From NCBI GenBank assembly GCA_002269645.1, contig NIVC01003347.1, positions 39,144 through 103,143 on the forward strand: a DNA stretch of 64,000 nucleotides. The letters run 5' to 3'. The notes below the pieces were generated by a model. The model was not told the origin of the DNA. It did no database searches and was given only the letters and a program-made list of their open reading frames with translations. Position 1 is the stretch's first letter. Each line of letters begins with the position of its first letter. Made by a program: the position numbers and the translations under genes. Shown in pieces: positions 1 through 11,997 of the stretch. This DNA comes from Macrostomum lignano (taxonomy: Eukaryota).

Positions 1-398
1 GCAGATAAGCGGGTGATGGAGCCACGACTGAGGAAAGAGGTGGAAGTCAAGAGCCAATCAACAGTCCGCACGAGGGAGAGATAAGAAGAACCAGATAGAG
101 CTAGACACAGAAAGGGCTAACAGAGATTAAAGCAATTTACAACTCAGGACAACTAAGGAAGTGGCAACGCAAACAAGGAAAATGAGTTTTTTTAGAACCT
201 TCTAAACTATCTGCAAGTCGTTTTCTGAAATTTGTAAAACTAATTTGCTTTGTAGTCATTTAAAAAGTTTTAATTTATGCTATATTGGGGTATGTAGAGC
301 TGTGTGATCAACTGGTCCGCTCGCTTCCAACGTATCGTTATTGAATTCCAAGCAAATTGACGACTCACAATTGGCTCATTCTGTCTGCACTTTAACAG

Positions 399-785
399 GT
401 GATGCAGAAGATCAACAATCCCAACTGCAGCCAACAGGAGCGTGACAGTGCTAAGCAGTACGCTGAGATGATGCGCCGAGATCCTCACTTTTTCTTGCAG
501 CGACTACACACCAGCGAACAGAGGCGATTGCAACAGCAGCAACAGCAGCAGCAGCAAGTGGTCCAGGCTCAGCAGCCTCAGCCTCAAGTTCGTTTCCAGC
601 AGCAACAGCAGCAGCCGCTGCAGCAGCAGCAAACCTATTATCCGCAAATGGCACGGATGCCTGGCATTGCGCAGAGGCCACCTGGCGAGCAGCTTCTAAT
701 GGGACAGTCGCCTTCAGTCCAGGATCCGCAGCAGCAGATTCACGTGCAGGCTGAACGGTTGGGACAGTTTGCTGATAAACTCTGA
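399..785 (+). CDS. Glutamine-rich exon of an unidentified gene, probably starting left of the window
   Basis: ORF preceded by acceptor-like tttaacag|GTG (391-398); poly-Q/P CAG-rich run after a possibly helical segment (VMQKINNPNCSQQERDSAKQYAEMMRRDPHFFLQRLH). Family not recognised. Confidence 0.45.
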   Translation: MMQKINNPNCSQQERDSAKQYAEMMRRDPHFFLQRLHTSEQRRLQQQQQQQQQVVQAQQPQPQVRFQQQQQQPLQQQQTYYPQMARMPGIAQRPPGEQLLMGQSPSVQDPQQQIHVQAERLGQFADKL

Positions 786-1108
786 TTCAGTTTGCTCTGA
801 TGTTGTACATACACGCGCCTGAGCTATCCAAGTGATGCGGACTGGTATTCTTATTTGCGATTTTAGCTTGTGCTCCTCCCTGTTGTCCCCTTTGTCGCCT
901 CTTTGCACCTTATCGTTCGCCCCACTAAAGCTTCAATTGTATCTAACAGGTAGGTTGATTAGCTCGATTCTTGTTTTTTTATTGAATAACGTGTTTACTT
1001 GCTCTATTATATTGCTGATTTATGCTTTGCGGCTTTTCTCTGCTGTTTCAAGTGCTTGCTTTAGTTTGCTCCTGCGCTGGATGACCCTGTCTCTGTGTCG
1101 GAGCTCCT

Positions 1109-1243
1109 GATTCCCCAAGCGTGATGCGCATGGGGCACTGTATTGAGCTGGGATTACCTGTTCCCCGATTCCCCAAGCCTGATGCGCATGGGGCACTGTA
1201 TTGAGCTGGGATTACCTGTTCCCCGATTCCCCAAGCCTGATGC
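1109..1243. repeat. 58-bp tandem repeat, about 2.3 copies
   Basis: Unit gattccccaagcctgatgcgcatggggcactgtattgagctgggattacctgttcccc starts at 1109, 1167 and 1225. Confidence 0.9.
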
Positions 1244-3937
1244 ATCAGGAATCCACGAATAGGGTTGGCATTAGCTGACCCAGATGAAATATTGAGATTT
1301 TTGGCTATGAAATTACATAAATGTAAATTGATGAAATAGCATAGTGGAGACAGTTGCTAGCCTTTGGACATCCAGTTAAGTTAATTTTATCTGATGCTGT
1401 GTACACGCGACTGGCGCATTGACAGCTAGTGTCTCCCCACTAGCTACCTTTGTTTGTGCGCTTCAACTCTCTACAGTAGCAAATCTGTTTCTGTCTGTGT
1501 GATTTTTCTATTTCTTTTGTTACTCTTAATTAACACTGCCGATTGGCTTGGATTGAGCTGCAGGATCGGAATGCCCGGGCGCAACGTGTTTGTGTCAATC
1601 AGATTCGTGTTAATCTGTTAGCTATGAGGAACTCCTTCCTGTGCGCGCAGGCCTTTCCGATTCGGCTCCACTTCCTCCTTCTATCCGCAGTTTCTCCTCA
1701 TTCTGCCCTACTCTGCGAAATTTGTAATTTAACTCTTTAAAGATTGAAAGTAGCTGTACGAAACAGATATTAAACAAATATTGGCACTCTTGTGAATTTT
1801 TTTAGTTACTGTTTTCATGCCTGCTATTCATTATACAAGTCCGGAGTGCATGCCCCGCGTGTGCATGAGCGCACAGCTATATCTTGATCCTTATATTTTC
1901 ACATGTGCTTTGTTTGCTTCAATTTTTATGCGTGTGTAACTTAGTACGAGTTTTTATTGGAAATAGTAATTATATTAATATGTTAAGCGCACGCACTGCA
2001 AACCAAAACTTGCACTCTTGTTGTCCAATATCCGAGATACCGGGACCTGAACTCCCCGGCTCTTTTGTTGTTTGCAAATTTTGCCACGCGTCGATCAATT
2101 TATCAGTTTAGCTCGCGCTAATCCGATAAGCAAATAAATGTATTCAAGTTTTTAATACGCGTAGCAATACTGCACTAAAATTTCTACTGTGGCAGCGTGG
2201 CGGCTTGCTTTTTTCATTTTTTTTAAAAACAGATTCGTGTTGTGTTCTGCTGCTTCTTGCTGATTGCGGTCTTGGGGGAGCGCTGATGCGAGGGAATTCA
2301 GCAAGTTTTTGGCTGCCATGTTTGCATTGCATAGCCCGACCGATGGAAGACCTTATAAATTACTATAACTAATATATTTGGATTCAAGTAAAGCTCTGTT
2401 TTACTGGCATTGTGCTATCTTAAAAGCCTTTAATCTTGTCTTTGAATGTTTTTCTCGAACAAATTTGGTTTGGTTTACTTACTATATAAGATCAGGTTAT
2501 ATAGTACTATATAGTAAGGAAGCTAGGTTTGATTTTTGGCTATTCTCAGAGCGTTGGACTGAAACAGGTCAACTTGTTAATAACTTAACCTAACAACATT
2601 ATATACTCTTCAAAATTATTTAGAGCATGCCGCGGGTAACTCATTTCATTCAAGCACTACTAAAAGTAGCCATGTCAGTTCTGTGGGGATTAATACTTTT
2701 TAGCCTTAATTTATATTCGTGTAATAGTATGAATTTTAGCTCAAATCCCAAAACTGTAGCTCATAAATTATCATTTGTGATTGCCTTGGCGATGAAACTG
2801 CTGTTATTAAGATTTAGCATACCCTAATAAAAAGTGCTCCAATTAGTGCTTATTTCACACCAGAAATCAAAACCTGCGAGACTTCAATTCAGCAGCTGGG
2901 CGTCTTTGCAAGTTATTTGATTAACTAAGCTCGGTGTAACTACCCCCCCCCCCCACCAAGCCTTGCAGAGAATTCGATTACTCCCAAAGCCAACACGGAA
3001 GCTTTTGATTTGAATGGGGCAAATCTGTTTATGGAGTTGTCCAAGACACAGGATATTGTGTGTGTGCCCTGGTGTCCGAGGCTGCAGTTTGAGATCAGGC
3101 TGAGGGGCTCCTGTGCAAACAGGCATCTCAGCTCGCACACAGGTTGGCAAACAGTGCGCTCTATAGAGAGCCCTGATGTAGGCAGCTGGAACGATCTGAG
3201 ACGCAGAAATTGAGCTTGAGAGAGCTCTCATGACCATTAGCTCAGCTCATAAGAGACGCTCTTTGGCTCAATAGCAATATTATTGAGCTTCTTGGCACCG
3301 TGCCTCGGCAATCTATCTCTCTTCGTAAATCAAAATGACATCCCGCATGTCAGACTGTCCTGCACACACAGCTTACTGTGCGATGGAGCTCCACTTCCAG
3401 CAGCTTTGCAGAATCCACGTGCCTCCTTGTCGCCACTAAGGATGCTTGCGAAAGCGGCCTGAAGTGGATGCTGCCGAGTCTTTGTTTGCCGGCAGTGTTG
3501 CGGAATTTTTATGAGAGCCCCCTGGAAGTTGGCGAAAAGTTAGTCGGGTCCGATGTTTGGCATGTGCGAGACGCTGAGAGCACTGGAAATAAGAATGGGA
3601 GATTCGGCAGAGTTCTCGGCTTGACCGCGTCCACACGAGAGGGGCAGCGTGATTTGATTGAATGGGGACACCTGTCCCGTAGTGATTTCTCTTTGACAGT
3701 CAAATGGGCGCCCCTTGGATATGTCAAATAAATGGACCTGATTAATACAAATACTGCTCGTACCCCATTTGCTGTTTACTGGGGGCCAAATTTGCTGCCA
3801 TCTATTGCAGTGAAGGTGAAGAATATCTATCTTGTCTAGGCGCCTTCTGACACAGGTGCGCCTTACTGGGTGGGCGCGCCTTACTTACGCGGGTGCGTCT
3901 TCCAACAAGGACACCTTGTTGGGCGGGATGTCGAGTA

Positions 3938-4064
3938 TCAGGGTACAGGGGTGCTTAACATCAGAGTCAGGGTTGTCTAACATCAGACTCAGTTGTCTAA
4001 CATCAGGGTACAGGGGTGCTTAACATCAGAGTCAGAGTTGTCTAACATCAGGGTACAGGGGTGT
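3938..4064. repeat. Composite short tandem repeat (about 20-24 bp subunits ending taacatcag)
   Basis: tcagggtacaggggtg(cttaacatcag) occurs three times, interleaved with agtcag(a/g)gttgtctaacatcag. Confidence 0.7.
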
Positions 4065-4837
4065 TCCGCAAATTCTAAACAAAACTCCGACCACGTTAGT
4101 CTCTAAACGCCACTCAGCCTCTGAAGTCCATGCACCGCCAGGTCGCGTCTGGTAACTGGTTCTCAGTTTTCAGTCTGCCAATGGCCAGAGTGCCTACCGG
4201 AGAGTGCCACTTAATTTACTGTAGCAGAAAAAAGTCCTGACAAGCAATGATTTTCTTTTTCTGTCTCCGTAAAAACAAGGCGCGACAGTTCTTTTGCGAA
4301 TTTTGCTTTTTGCAGCCCCTTGCTCCGCGCAACCTTCTCTCTGATCTTCTGCATTTAACGCTGCTGCTCGTCCGGCAGATCTCTGCGCAGCTCAGCGGGT
4401 GGCTTCTTGTTTGCAGCCGCCATGACACAAGAGAATAAATTCTGCTCCTCGGTGCGGGCCCTTCTTCTTCACGGCTCCTTCTCACTCTGCGCGCTCAGAA
4501 CTGCGCAAATTTGTGGGGTGATAAACCAAATCTAACATGATACAGGAAGCGCGGGTGGCACCAGCTTCAATGGAATATACAATTATAATTATTTATCTGC
4601 AAGTCAAGGCTCAGTGGCATGCCCCTCTATTTCAGCTCGTGCTTACTGCGTCGCTTGAATTTCCCTAATAATTCAGGAGTGTTAAAAAAAACAATTTGCT
4701 TAAAAGAAACCGAAGCAGTTTTTTTAATTGAAACGTGGTTGAGTTGTTTCTGAATCGTAAACTAATCGCAGGTGCTATAATTAACTGGTTATCGCAACCC
4801 CTTCGGCGAAATCGTCCCACAATCCGCCCAATTCGGC

Positions 4838-4964
4838 CCATCCCGCTGGCTCCTGAGCACACAAGCGCCAATACTGTACGCAGGCACGCACTCATGCACG
4901 CTCACAGAGGGTGTACAGCGGCCCTGGCCTTCTAATCGGCATGTACACTCTCTCTGTGCCTTGG
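4838..4964 (+). repeat. Dispersed repeat, copy 1 (second copy at 21796-21925)
   Basis: Shared blocks tcctgagcac, gcgccaatac, cacgctcaca.agggtgtacagcggccctg and ctctctgtgccttgg appear in the same order at both loci. Confidence 0.7.
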
Positions 4965-5053
4965 CGGATGGCCGATTTTCAAGCAAAAGCTTCACATTGT
5001 GACATCAACGTGGGGTCAAAGCCAGAGTGAATTCTAGCAGATCACAAATTCGA

Positions 5054-5408
5054 GGGGTCCATGAGAATTGCCCGCAGCAGACGAATTGCCCGCCAAGATT
5101 TGCCCGCCAAGATTTGCCCGCGAGCGAATTGCCCGCCGAGGTAGCAATGCTTTTTTCCTGCAACGCGGCAGATTTTGTCTGCATTGAATCCCCAATGCTT
5201 AGTAAGTCTTAATAAAGAGATTTACCCGATCAAACGCTTTGATAGTAACTGCATATCAAATGCATATTTTTTCTGGGGGGCATGCAGACAGAAATCAGCT
5301 GCCAAATGCACTGTAGGAAAAAAGGCATTGCAGGCAAACCTCGGCGGGAAAAACTCGGCGGGCAATTCGCTCGCAGGCAATTCGTCTGCGGGCATTTCTC
5401 GTGCTCCC
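5054..5408. mobile_element. MITE/foldback element with about 120-bp imperfect terminal inverted repeats
   Basis: Left arm gagaattgcccgcag..gcgagcgaattgcccgccgagg..gcaatgcttttttcct..gcagattttgtctgca (5063-5142) is the reverse complement of the right arm (5283-5400). Both contain reiterated gaattgcccgc subunits. No TSD identified. Confidence 0.7.
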
Positions 5409-5971
5409 AAATACGAGTCTACAGGTTGTCACTACACTGTAAATCTTACTGTAAACTAGTCAGCAGGCCTCTGAAGCTCTGGTGATGCAAATTGGGTTCA
5501 AAGTGGAATCGAGACAAGACCGCAGTGCTGGCAGCCAATAATATTGTTCCTCTCTCCGCTGGCTGTTTTCCTATTGGCTGATGGCGTGGCAGTTTCGGTG
5601 CCCCAGCGCTTTACATTAACCGTAGGCTCCCTCGAGTCCACTTCGCGTCTCAACTGTTGCTTTTTTAACAGCGAGGCGTGGTAAGAATAAGCACTTGTTC
5701 CTCGCTATCTATAACACTGATCTTCATCTGCCATGGAGCCGCTTTGCCCACAAGCTGGGCCAGAAATCTGTGGAAACCAGGCGGAGGTCAGGGGTGAGTA
5801 ACTGGGGTCACTTCGGATGGCGGGTAACAGGGGGCCAGTTGAAAGACAAGCAGGTGCGAAATCCATGGAAATATAATTGCGATGCCCTAAAAAATTACTG
5901 CCTTCAATTCAAATGAGTTCTCAGCTGACTTCACGGCCATTAGACGGACAGCGTTTGGGGATTTCTGCATG

Positions 5972-6080
5972 TAGATGAAGGAATGCGATCGTTTATCTGA
6001 AAAATCTATGGCCAAGAGGCCTTCGAGTTCCTGGCCATATACTTTATTCGGACGAGCGATCGCTTTTATTCCTTCATCTA
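5972..6080. mobile_element. 109-bp imperfect palindrome (tiny MITE-like hairpin) about 130 bp upstream of the Osr start codon
   Basis: tagatgaaggaat..gcgatcg..tatggcca pairs with tggccata..cgatcgc..attccttcatcta; terminal TA on both ends. Confidence 0.55.
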
Positions 6081-6212
6081 TGGTATTACTCTTAGGTCAG
6101 GTTAAGTCAAAACTAATCCAATGGCCGGCCATATAGCTCGTACTACTGGCTGGGTCATTCCAACACGCATCGACGCGCACCGCCTTTTCGTCGTGCATGG
6201 TTTTCAGTTGAA

Positions 6213-7767
6213 ATGGAAGCGGCCACCCGAGCTGCAGCCAGCCAGCAGCAGCTCCAGCAGCACCAGCAGTGGATCCTGCAGCAGTACTGGCAGCTGCATC
6301 TCATTCAAACGCGCCACAGCCCGGGACTCGAGCATCTATCCCTGCCGCTCACCCAGTGGTTGAGCTTGCTCAAGTCGCCAAGGCAATGTCTCGCAGTCGC
6401 ACCAGCCGCATTGAGAGGCCCCCGTTTCGACTTCAGCCGCCTGGCCCAGTCCTGCCTGGAGCCCGACGCTGGCCCCTCTCGGCTCGGCCCATCGGCCTCG
6501 GCTCAGGTGCGGCCACCGCAACCGCAGCGGCCGCAGCGGGACGCCACCCGACTGCACCGGGTCACGAGGGGCCGCGGTCCTGGCAGGTTAGTTGGTATAA
6601 TACACCCAACTGAGAGCATAGCTGGTACACTGCATGTGCTCTTGAGCAGTCAGATTTTTCTCCAACGACTTAGTATATGGCAAAACAATTTCTAAATTCT
6701 AAGAAAAAATTCTCAGTTCTAAGAAAATCGAGAGTCAGCGTCAGCTTCAACTTCAGTAGTCTATGGTACAACCCCACCGTCTCAACACTGTACAGGCTGT
6801 ACACAACCCTAAGGACCCCCCTCGCAATTACAGCCACACCTGGCTACCTGCAAGCAACGGGTCCAGCATATTTTTGAAGCATGCATTTTTTTGCGGTATT
6901 ACATGTATATCCCACAATGTACCTCATTCAAATGTAGTCATAGAATCATAGATAGCGTAGATGGGCCACTCCGTTTGCTTGAAATGCAAAAAAATCTGCA
7001 CAATTTGCAGCTCTACTGTTAGTAGCGATTTAAGAGCATTGCGAGCGTAATTTTAAATGCTCTTAGAATTGTAAATATTAGCGGGAGAGCTGTGGGCACC
7101 CTGGCGCAACGCTTTCGTCGAAATTTTCCACCAACCAGCGAAAATTTGCAGAAAAGCAAAGAGTTTTGTTGTGCAACTCCATTTGCTCACCGCGCCTTTC
7201 ACCCGCAGAGCCCGCAAGGAGTACGTGTGCAAGTACTGCAGGCGCCACTTCACCAAGTCCTACAACCTGCTGATTCACGAGCGAACCCACACAGATGAGC
7301 GGCCGTTTCCCTGCGAGATCTGCGGCAAAGCCTTCAGGCGGCAGGACCACCTGCGGGACCACCGGTACATTCACTGCAAGGACAAGCCGTTCAAGTGCGA
7401 CGTCTGCGGCAAGGGCTTCTGCCAGGCCAGGACTCTGCAGGTGCACAGGACGCTGCACCGCAGTACAATGGTACGTGAGCTCAATCGCAGCCGGGACTCG
7501 TGGATGAGTTCAGATGCTTGGCGAATCATTTTCTGCAATCTGCAACGGAAAATATGCCTGTTATTTTTATTAAGTTACAATTTTACAATTTTGCAATTAG
7601 GGATTCCTTTACTTTCTACTCATAGTAGCAATGCTGGTGCGCCCAGTGTCAGGATTCCGAGCTCGAATCAGTTGATCACTTGTTGCAAACAACCCGTCAT
7701 CTTGCAGTTGCAGGTGCCAGCCGTCCGGGTTTCCCAGTCTGACCGCACGCCTGACAAGCAGTGCTAG
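6213..7767 (+). CDS. Osr: Odd-skipped-related C2H2 zinc-finger transcription factor (3 fingers)
   Basis: Exon 6213-6586 contains PRFDFSRLA (OSR-family PRFDFANLA motif) and ends ag|gttagt. Exon 7209-7470 joins in phase (GPGR|[55 protein letters not shown]...[18 protein letters not shown]), nearly identical to odd/OSR1 fingers. The last exon 7714-7767 is tentative. Confidence 0.9.
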
Positions 7768-7996
7768 CGCGACACCTTCCAGATAAGCACAAGCGCTGCA
7801 ACCTGACTGTCCTAAAAAACTTTGAAGTTGCTTCTGATGCAGTGAATTGCTTCTAAGTCTATTCTAAAATATAAATCAGCATTCTCCCCTGAAGATAAGG
7901 AGTGCGCTAAACTCGCAGCCCGTTATTTCAATTGCATGCTTTTGCAGTTAACTTTCAAAACTAAATCGCCTTTTACATCTATCTGTCTATTTACAA

Positions 7997-8255
<259 letters not shown>

Positions 8256-8851
8256 ACTATCGATCGATCGATTAGGCTTAGAGCAAATACTTGTGTACTC
8301 ATCCTATTACTTTATTTCTTAGAACCTTTAAGAAGACGAGCAGATAGAGTGGACGCGGAGTACAGTGGCTCAGAAGCCAGTTTTTTTTACCATATTTTCG
8401 AATTTCAGCAGGAATAAACGATGAGTTTAAAAGTAGATGAAGGTCAAACTCAGTGCTGGTGCAGGGGTGCTCACTGGCTGCTCAAGTACGAGCTAGAAGC
8501 AGACGGAGTGACGAGTGCGCAGTGCAGTTAAGTACGTAATCGTAGTTTGTTGACATTTTTGATGGTTTTGCTGTTTTCCTGTCTGCGGCGCCGAAATTCA
8601 TACTCAGCTCTAGCATGGTTGAGTTGTGCATGCAAAACCGTGAATAAATAGAATAGTGTTATTTTTTGGTGAGATCGTGGCTGGGCAGGCGCTTCTCTCA
8701 GCAGAGTGGAGCAGTGGTTTCAGCTCATAGACGACTCTGAGGTGTTTCCCATATCAGGTATAATTGAATAAGCGTGAGTAAAATTCCAACCTCTAAAAAT
8801 ATTTACACTCGTCCAATTATCTCGTCAAACGCACTACTGGAAATTACTGGC

Positions 8852-9585
8852 GCTGTAGCTGGGCCCTCGCTTGCAGAGCCTTCGGGCTCGTCACAGGGTG
8901 ACTGACCGGAGCTGTAGCTGGGCCCTCGCTTGCAGAGCCCTCGGGCTCGTCACAGGGTGACTTACCGGAGCTGTAGCTGGGCCCTCGCTTGCAGAGCCCT
9001 CCGACTCGTCACAGGGTGACTTACCGGAGCTGTAGCTGGGCCCTCGCTTACAGAGCCCTCGGGCTCGTCACAGGTGACTTACCGGAGCTGTAGCTGGGCC
9101 CTCGCTTGCAGAGCCCTCCGACTCGTCACAGGGTGACTTACCGGAGCTGTAGCTGGGCCCTCGCTTACAGAGCCCTCGGGCTCGTCACAGGGTGACTGAC
9201 CGGAGCTGTAGCTGGGTCCTCGCTTGCAGAGCCCTCAGGCTCGTCACAGGGTGACTGACCGGAGCTGTAGCTGGGCCCTCGCTTGCAGAGCCCTCCGACT
9301 CGTCACAGGGTGACTTACCGGAGCTGTAGCTGGGCCCTCGCTTACAGAGCCCTCGGGCTCGTCACAGGTGACTTACCGGAGCTGTAGCTGGGCCCTCGCT
9401 TGCAGAGCCCTCCGACTCGTCACAGGGTGACTTACCGGAGCTGTAGCTGGGCCCTCGCTTACAGAGCCCTCGGGCTCGTCACAGGGTGACTGACCGGAGC
9501 TGTAGCTGGGTCCTCGCTTGCAGAGCCCTCGGGCTCGTCACAGGGTGACTTACCGAATCTGTAGCTGGGCCCTCGCTTGCAGAGG
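8852..9585. repeat. 59-bp minisatellite, about 12.5 copies
   Basis: Unit gctgtagctgggccctcgcttgcagagccctcgggctcgtcacagggtgacttaccgga; starts at 8852, 8911, 8970 and onward. Confidence 0.95.
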
Positions 9586-10596
9586 CCTCAGTCCTGGTGC
9601 AGGAAGACTTTCGGTAGCTGCAGCTGCATGGACAGAGCCCTCAGTCCCCGGAACTCCCAAGCGTGAAAGACTGCACAAAGCAGCTCTGAGATGGGACCGC
9701 ATGAATAAATGGTTCGCATTCGCACGCAACCTGAGTGCCTTTCTAGGAATTTTTGCTTGCGAAAATCAAATCATGATTTATTGATGCAACAGCATGAGAA
9801 CAGTTTTATTTCTCACCCGCTACTTTGGCAGTCGCAGCTGGAAATGATTGCCGCTTCTCGCGTGCAGGCGGCAATGATTTATTAATGTATAATATAATTC
9901 CCCCCCCCTTGATAACAAGTAAAGCAGGTAGTTGTTATCACAATATTCAGAAACTCTTCGAGCTCAGAGTGTAAGCATGTACACTTGTAGCGATATTTAG
10001 AAAATTATCTATCTATAAATAGATAGATAGATTATTTTCAAAGCTTTGATATTGCCACGGGAACTCTATTGTTTATTTAACGATTTTAACTCGGTAACTC
10101 GCAGCATTGTAACGGATATACCTCATCAAGTATCGATATTTTGTTAGCTTAACACTATTTCGCTTTCCTGTAAAACTTATTGAGAAATGGCGAGAGAGAA
10201 ATTGGTCACTGAAACAAAATAACATCGAGCAATAAAATCGACTATTGTATTGTGTCTAAAATACGAGTATTTCGCAGAATAATCAGCGAGTCGGCAAAGA
10301 TTTATCGGCAAAGAGGTGGCAGTGAAACAGCAGGTACGCAGTAACGCTTTACACGTAAAACGGTAGGCGACGGGTGGGAGCCAATTTTGAGGCTAAAAAA
10401 CTTTTTCGACTTGATGGCAAATGTGGGGTGCAAGCAAAACTTGTGGCTGGCAGTGCTCTACTGCAGTTAGAGATCGCAAAGCAGGTGTGCGCACGCATCA
10501 ACTTGATCGATTTTCTTGCTTGGCTAAACTGTTTTGCTCATGGTGCGTGCGATGAAGCCTTTGTGGACTTTTTTGCGAGTTTTCGGGGGATGCAAA

Positions 10597-10811
10597 GATG
10601 TGGCTTCTGGCTGTAAACCTACACCTGAGTCTGAGAGTCATGTAACCGGATGTGGCTTCTGGCTGTAAACCTACGCCTGAGTCTGAGAGTCATGTAACCG
10701 GATGTGGCTTCTGACTGTAAACCCATGTCTGAGTCTGAGAGTCATGTAACCGGATGTGGCTTCTGACTGTAAACCCATGTCTGAGTCTGAGAGTCATGTA
10801 ACCGGATGTGC
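10597..10811. repeat. 52-bp tandem repeat, about 4 copies
   Basis: Unit gatgtggcttctggctgtaaacctacacctgagtctgagagtcatgtaaccg at 10597, 10649 and onward. Confidence 0.92.
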
Positions 10812-11997
10812 CGCATTACACGAAGCCAGATGGAGAAGAATCAATCGGATAAGGGCCCAGGACTAAGGCTAAAGCCTGTGGAATTTCTAATCAGTCTGAT
10901 TCCAGGAGCGGCTCGGCTGACAAAGGCTTTTTAAGCTTTGGATTACTTTGCTGAGCCTTTCCGCCTAATTCCCTGCATAGAGACTATCGGTCCCCTGCGC
11001 TGCTACAGATGTAGAAAGCTCTAGTAAGACTCCATGTGACAGGCATCATCTAACCCTTATCCTGTTTCATTTCCGCTGTCTTTCACGGCAGTAAAAACAG
11101 TTTGCTAAGTTCAAGAGTGCCGATAGTCTCATGCAGCTGATTCTCGGGCTGCTCTGCAAGTCTGCTGATGAGGAGGGAGGGGATTTCAGGGGTACAAAAG
11201 TGCTTTGCTGCAGCCACCATGGAGCCAAAGTTGACTGGCTGCAGACTGGACGAATCTCTGTGATCAAGTCGGGTTCCTGCTCGACTTTTCTGCCCAATCT
11301 GTTTTTTCGCGATAAAAAGCAGAAAAACTTCGCCCGATGCTGGGGGGCGCCACACATGGAAATTGAGAGCGTGGATTGAAGTGTGCGGACAGCGGAATGA
11401 GCTGTCAGATACGTGATTTGCATGTTTGTCCTTTCGGCATTTGCACATTTTAATTTAATACGGGATCGGGAAACCGAGAAAGGGAGATTGGCAGCTCAAC
11501 TGAGTTGGGTTATCCCACTTTGATTTTTTCTGCTCGCGACTCTTCTTCATACGAGTGGGACATTTCCCGTCCTTCGCTGACCTGTTTGCTTTGTTTGTTT
11601 TTATTTGTCACCCAGCCGGAGCCCGATTGAAATTTTTAGTCCCGACAGAAAACTCCAGAATTTGTTATACAATAAAATAATTTTTGTAGAAAAACTACCG
11701 CTTGTAACTTGCTTTGCTTTATTGTAAGTACAATGCATTCTGATATGTAATCATAAACAGTGTTGAAAACCGAAGGCCAGTCTGTCTAGCGACTATCGCT
11801 AAACTGATACGAGTCCGGAGAGAACACTCCTTAGTACTAAAACGGGCGCGAATTGCTTCTTCTTCATACTTTTAATCATTTCGATACTAAACAAAGCAAT
11901 TTCAGCCATTCAGTCAGTCAGAGCGCACTGACAGAGCCAGAGTGGCTGTTTCCCTGCCTCCTGGAGAGCCCATTGGAGTTGACGCCGCCCACTCGCG

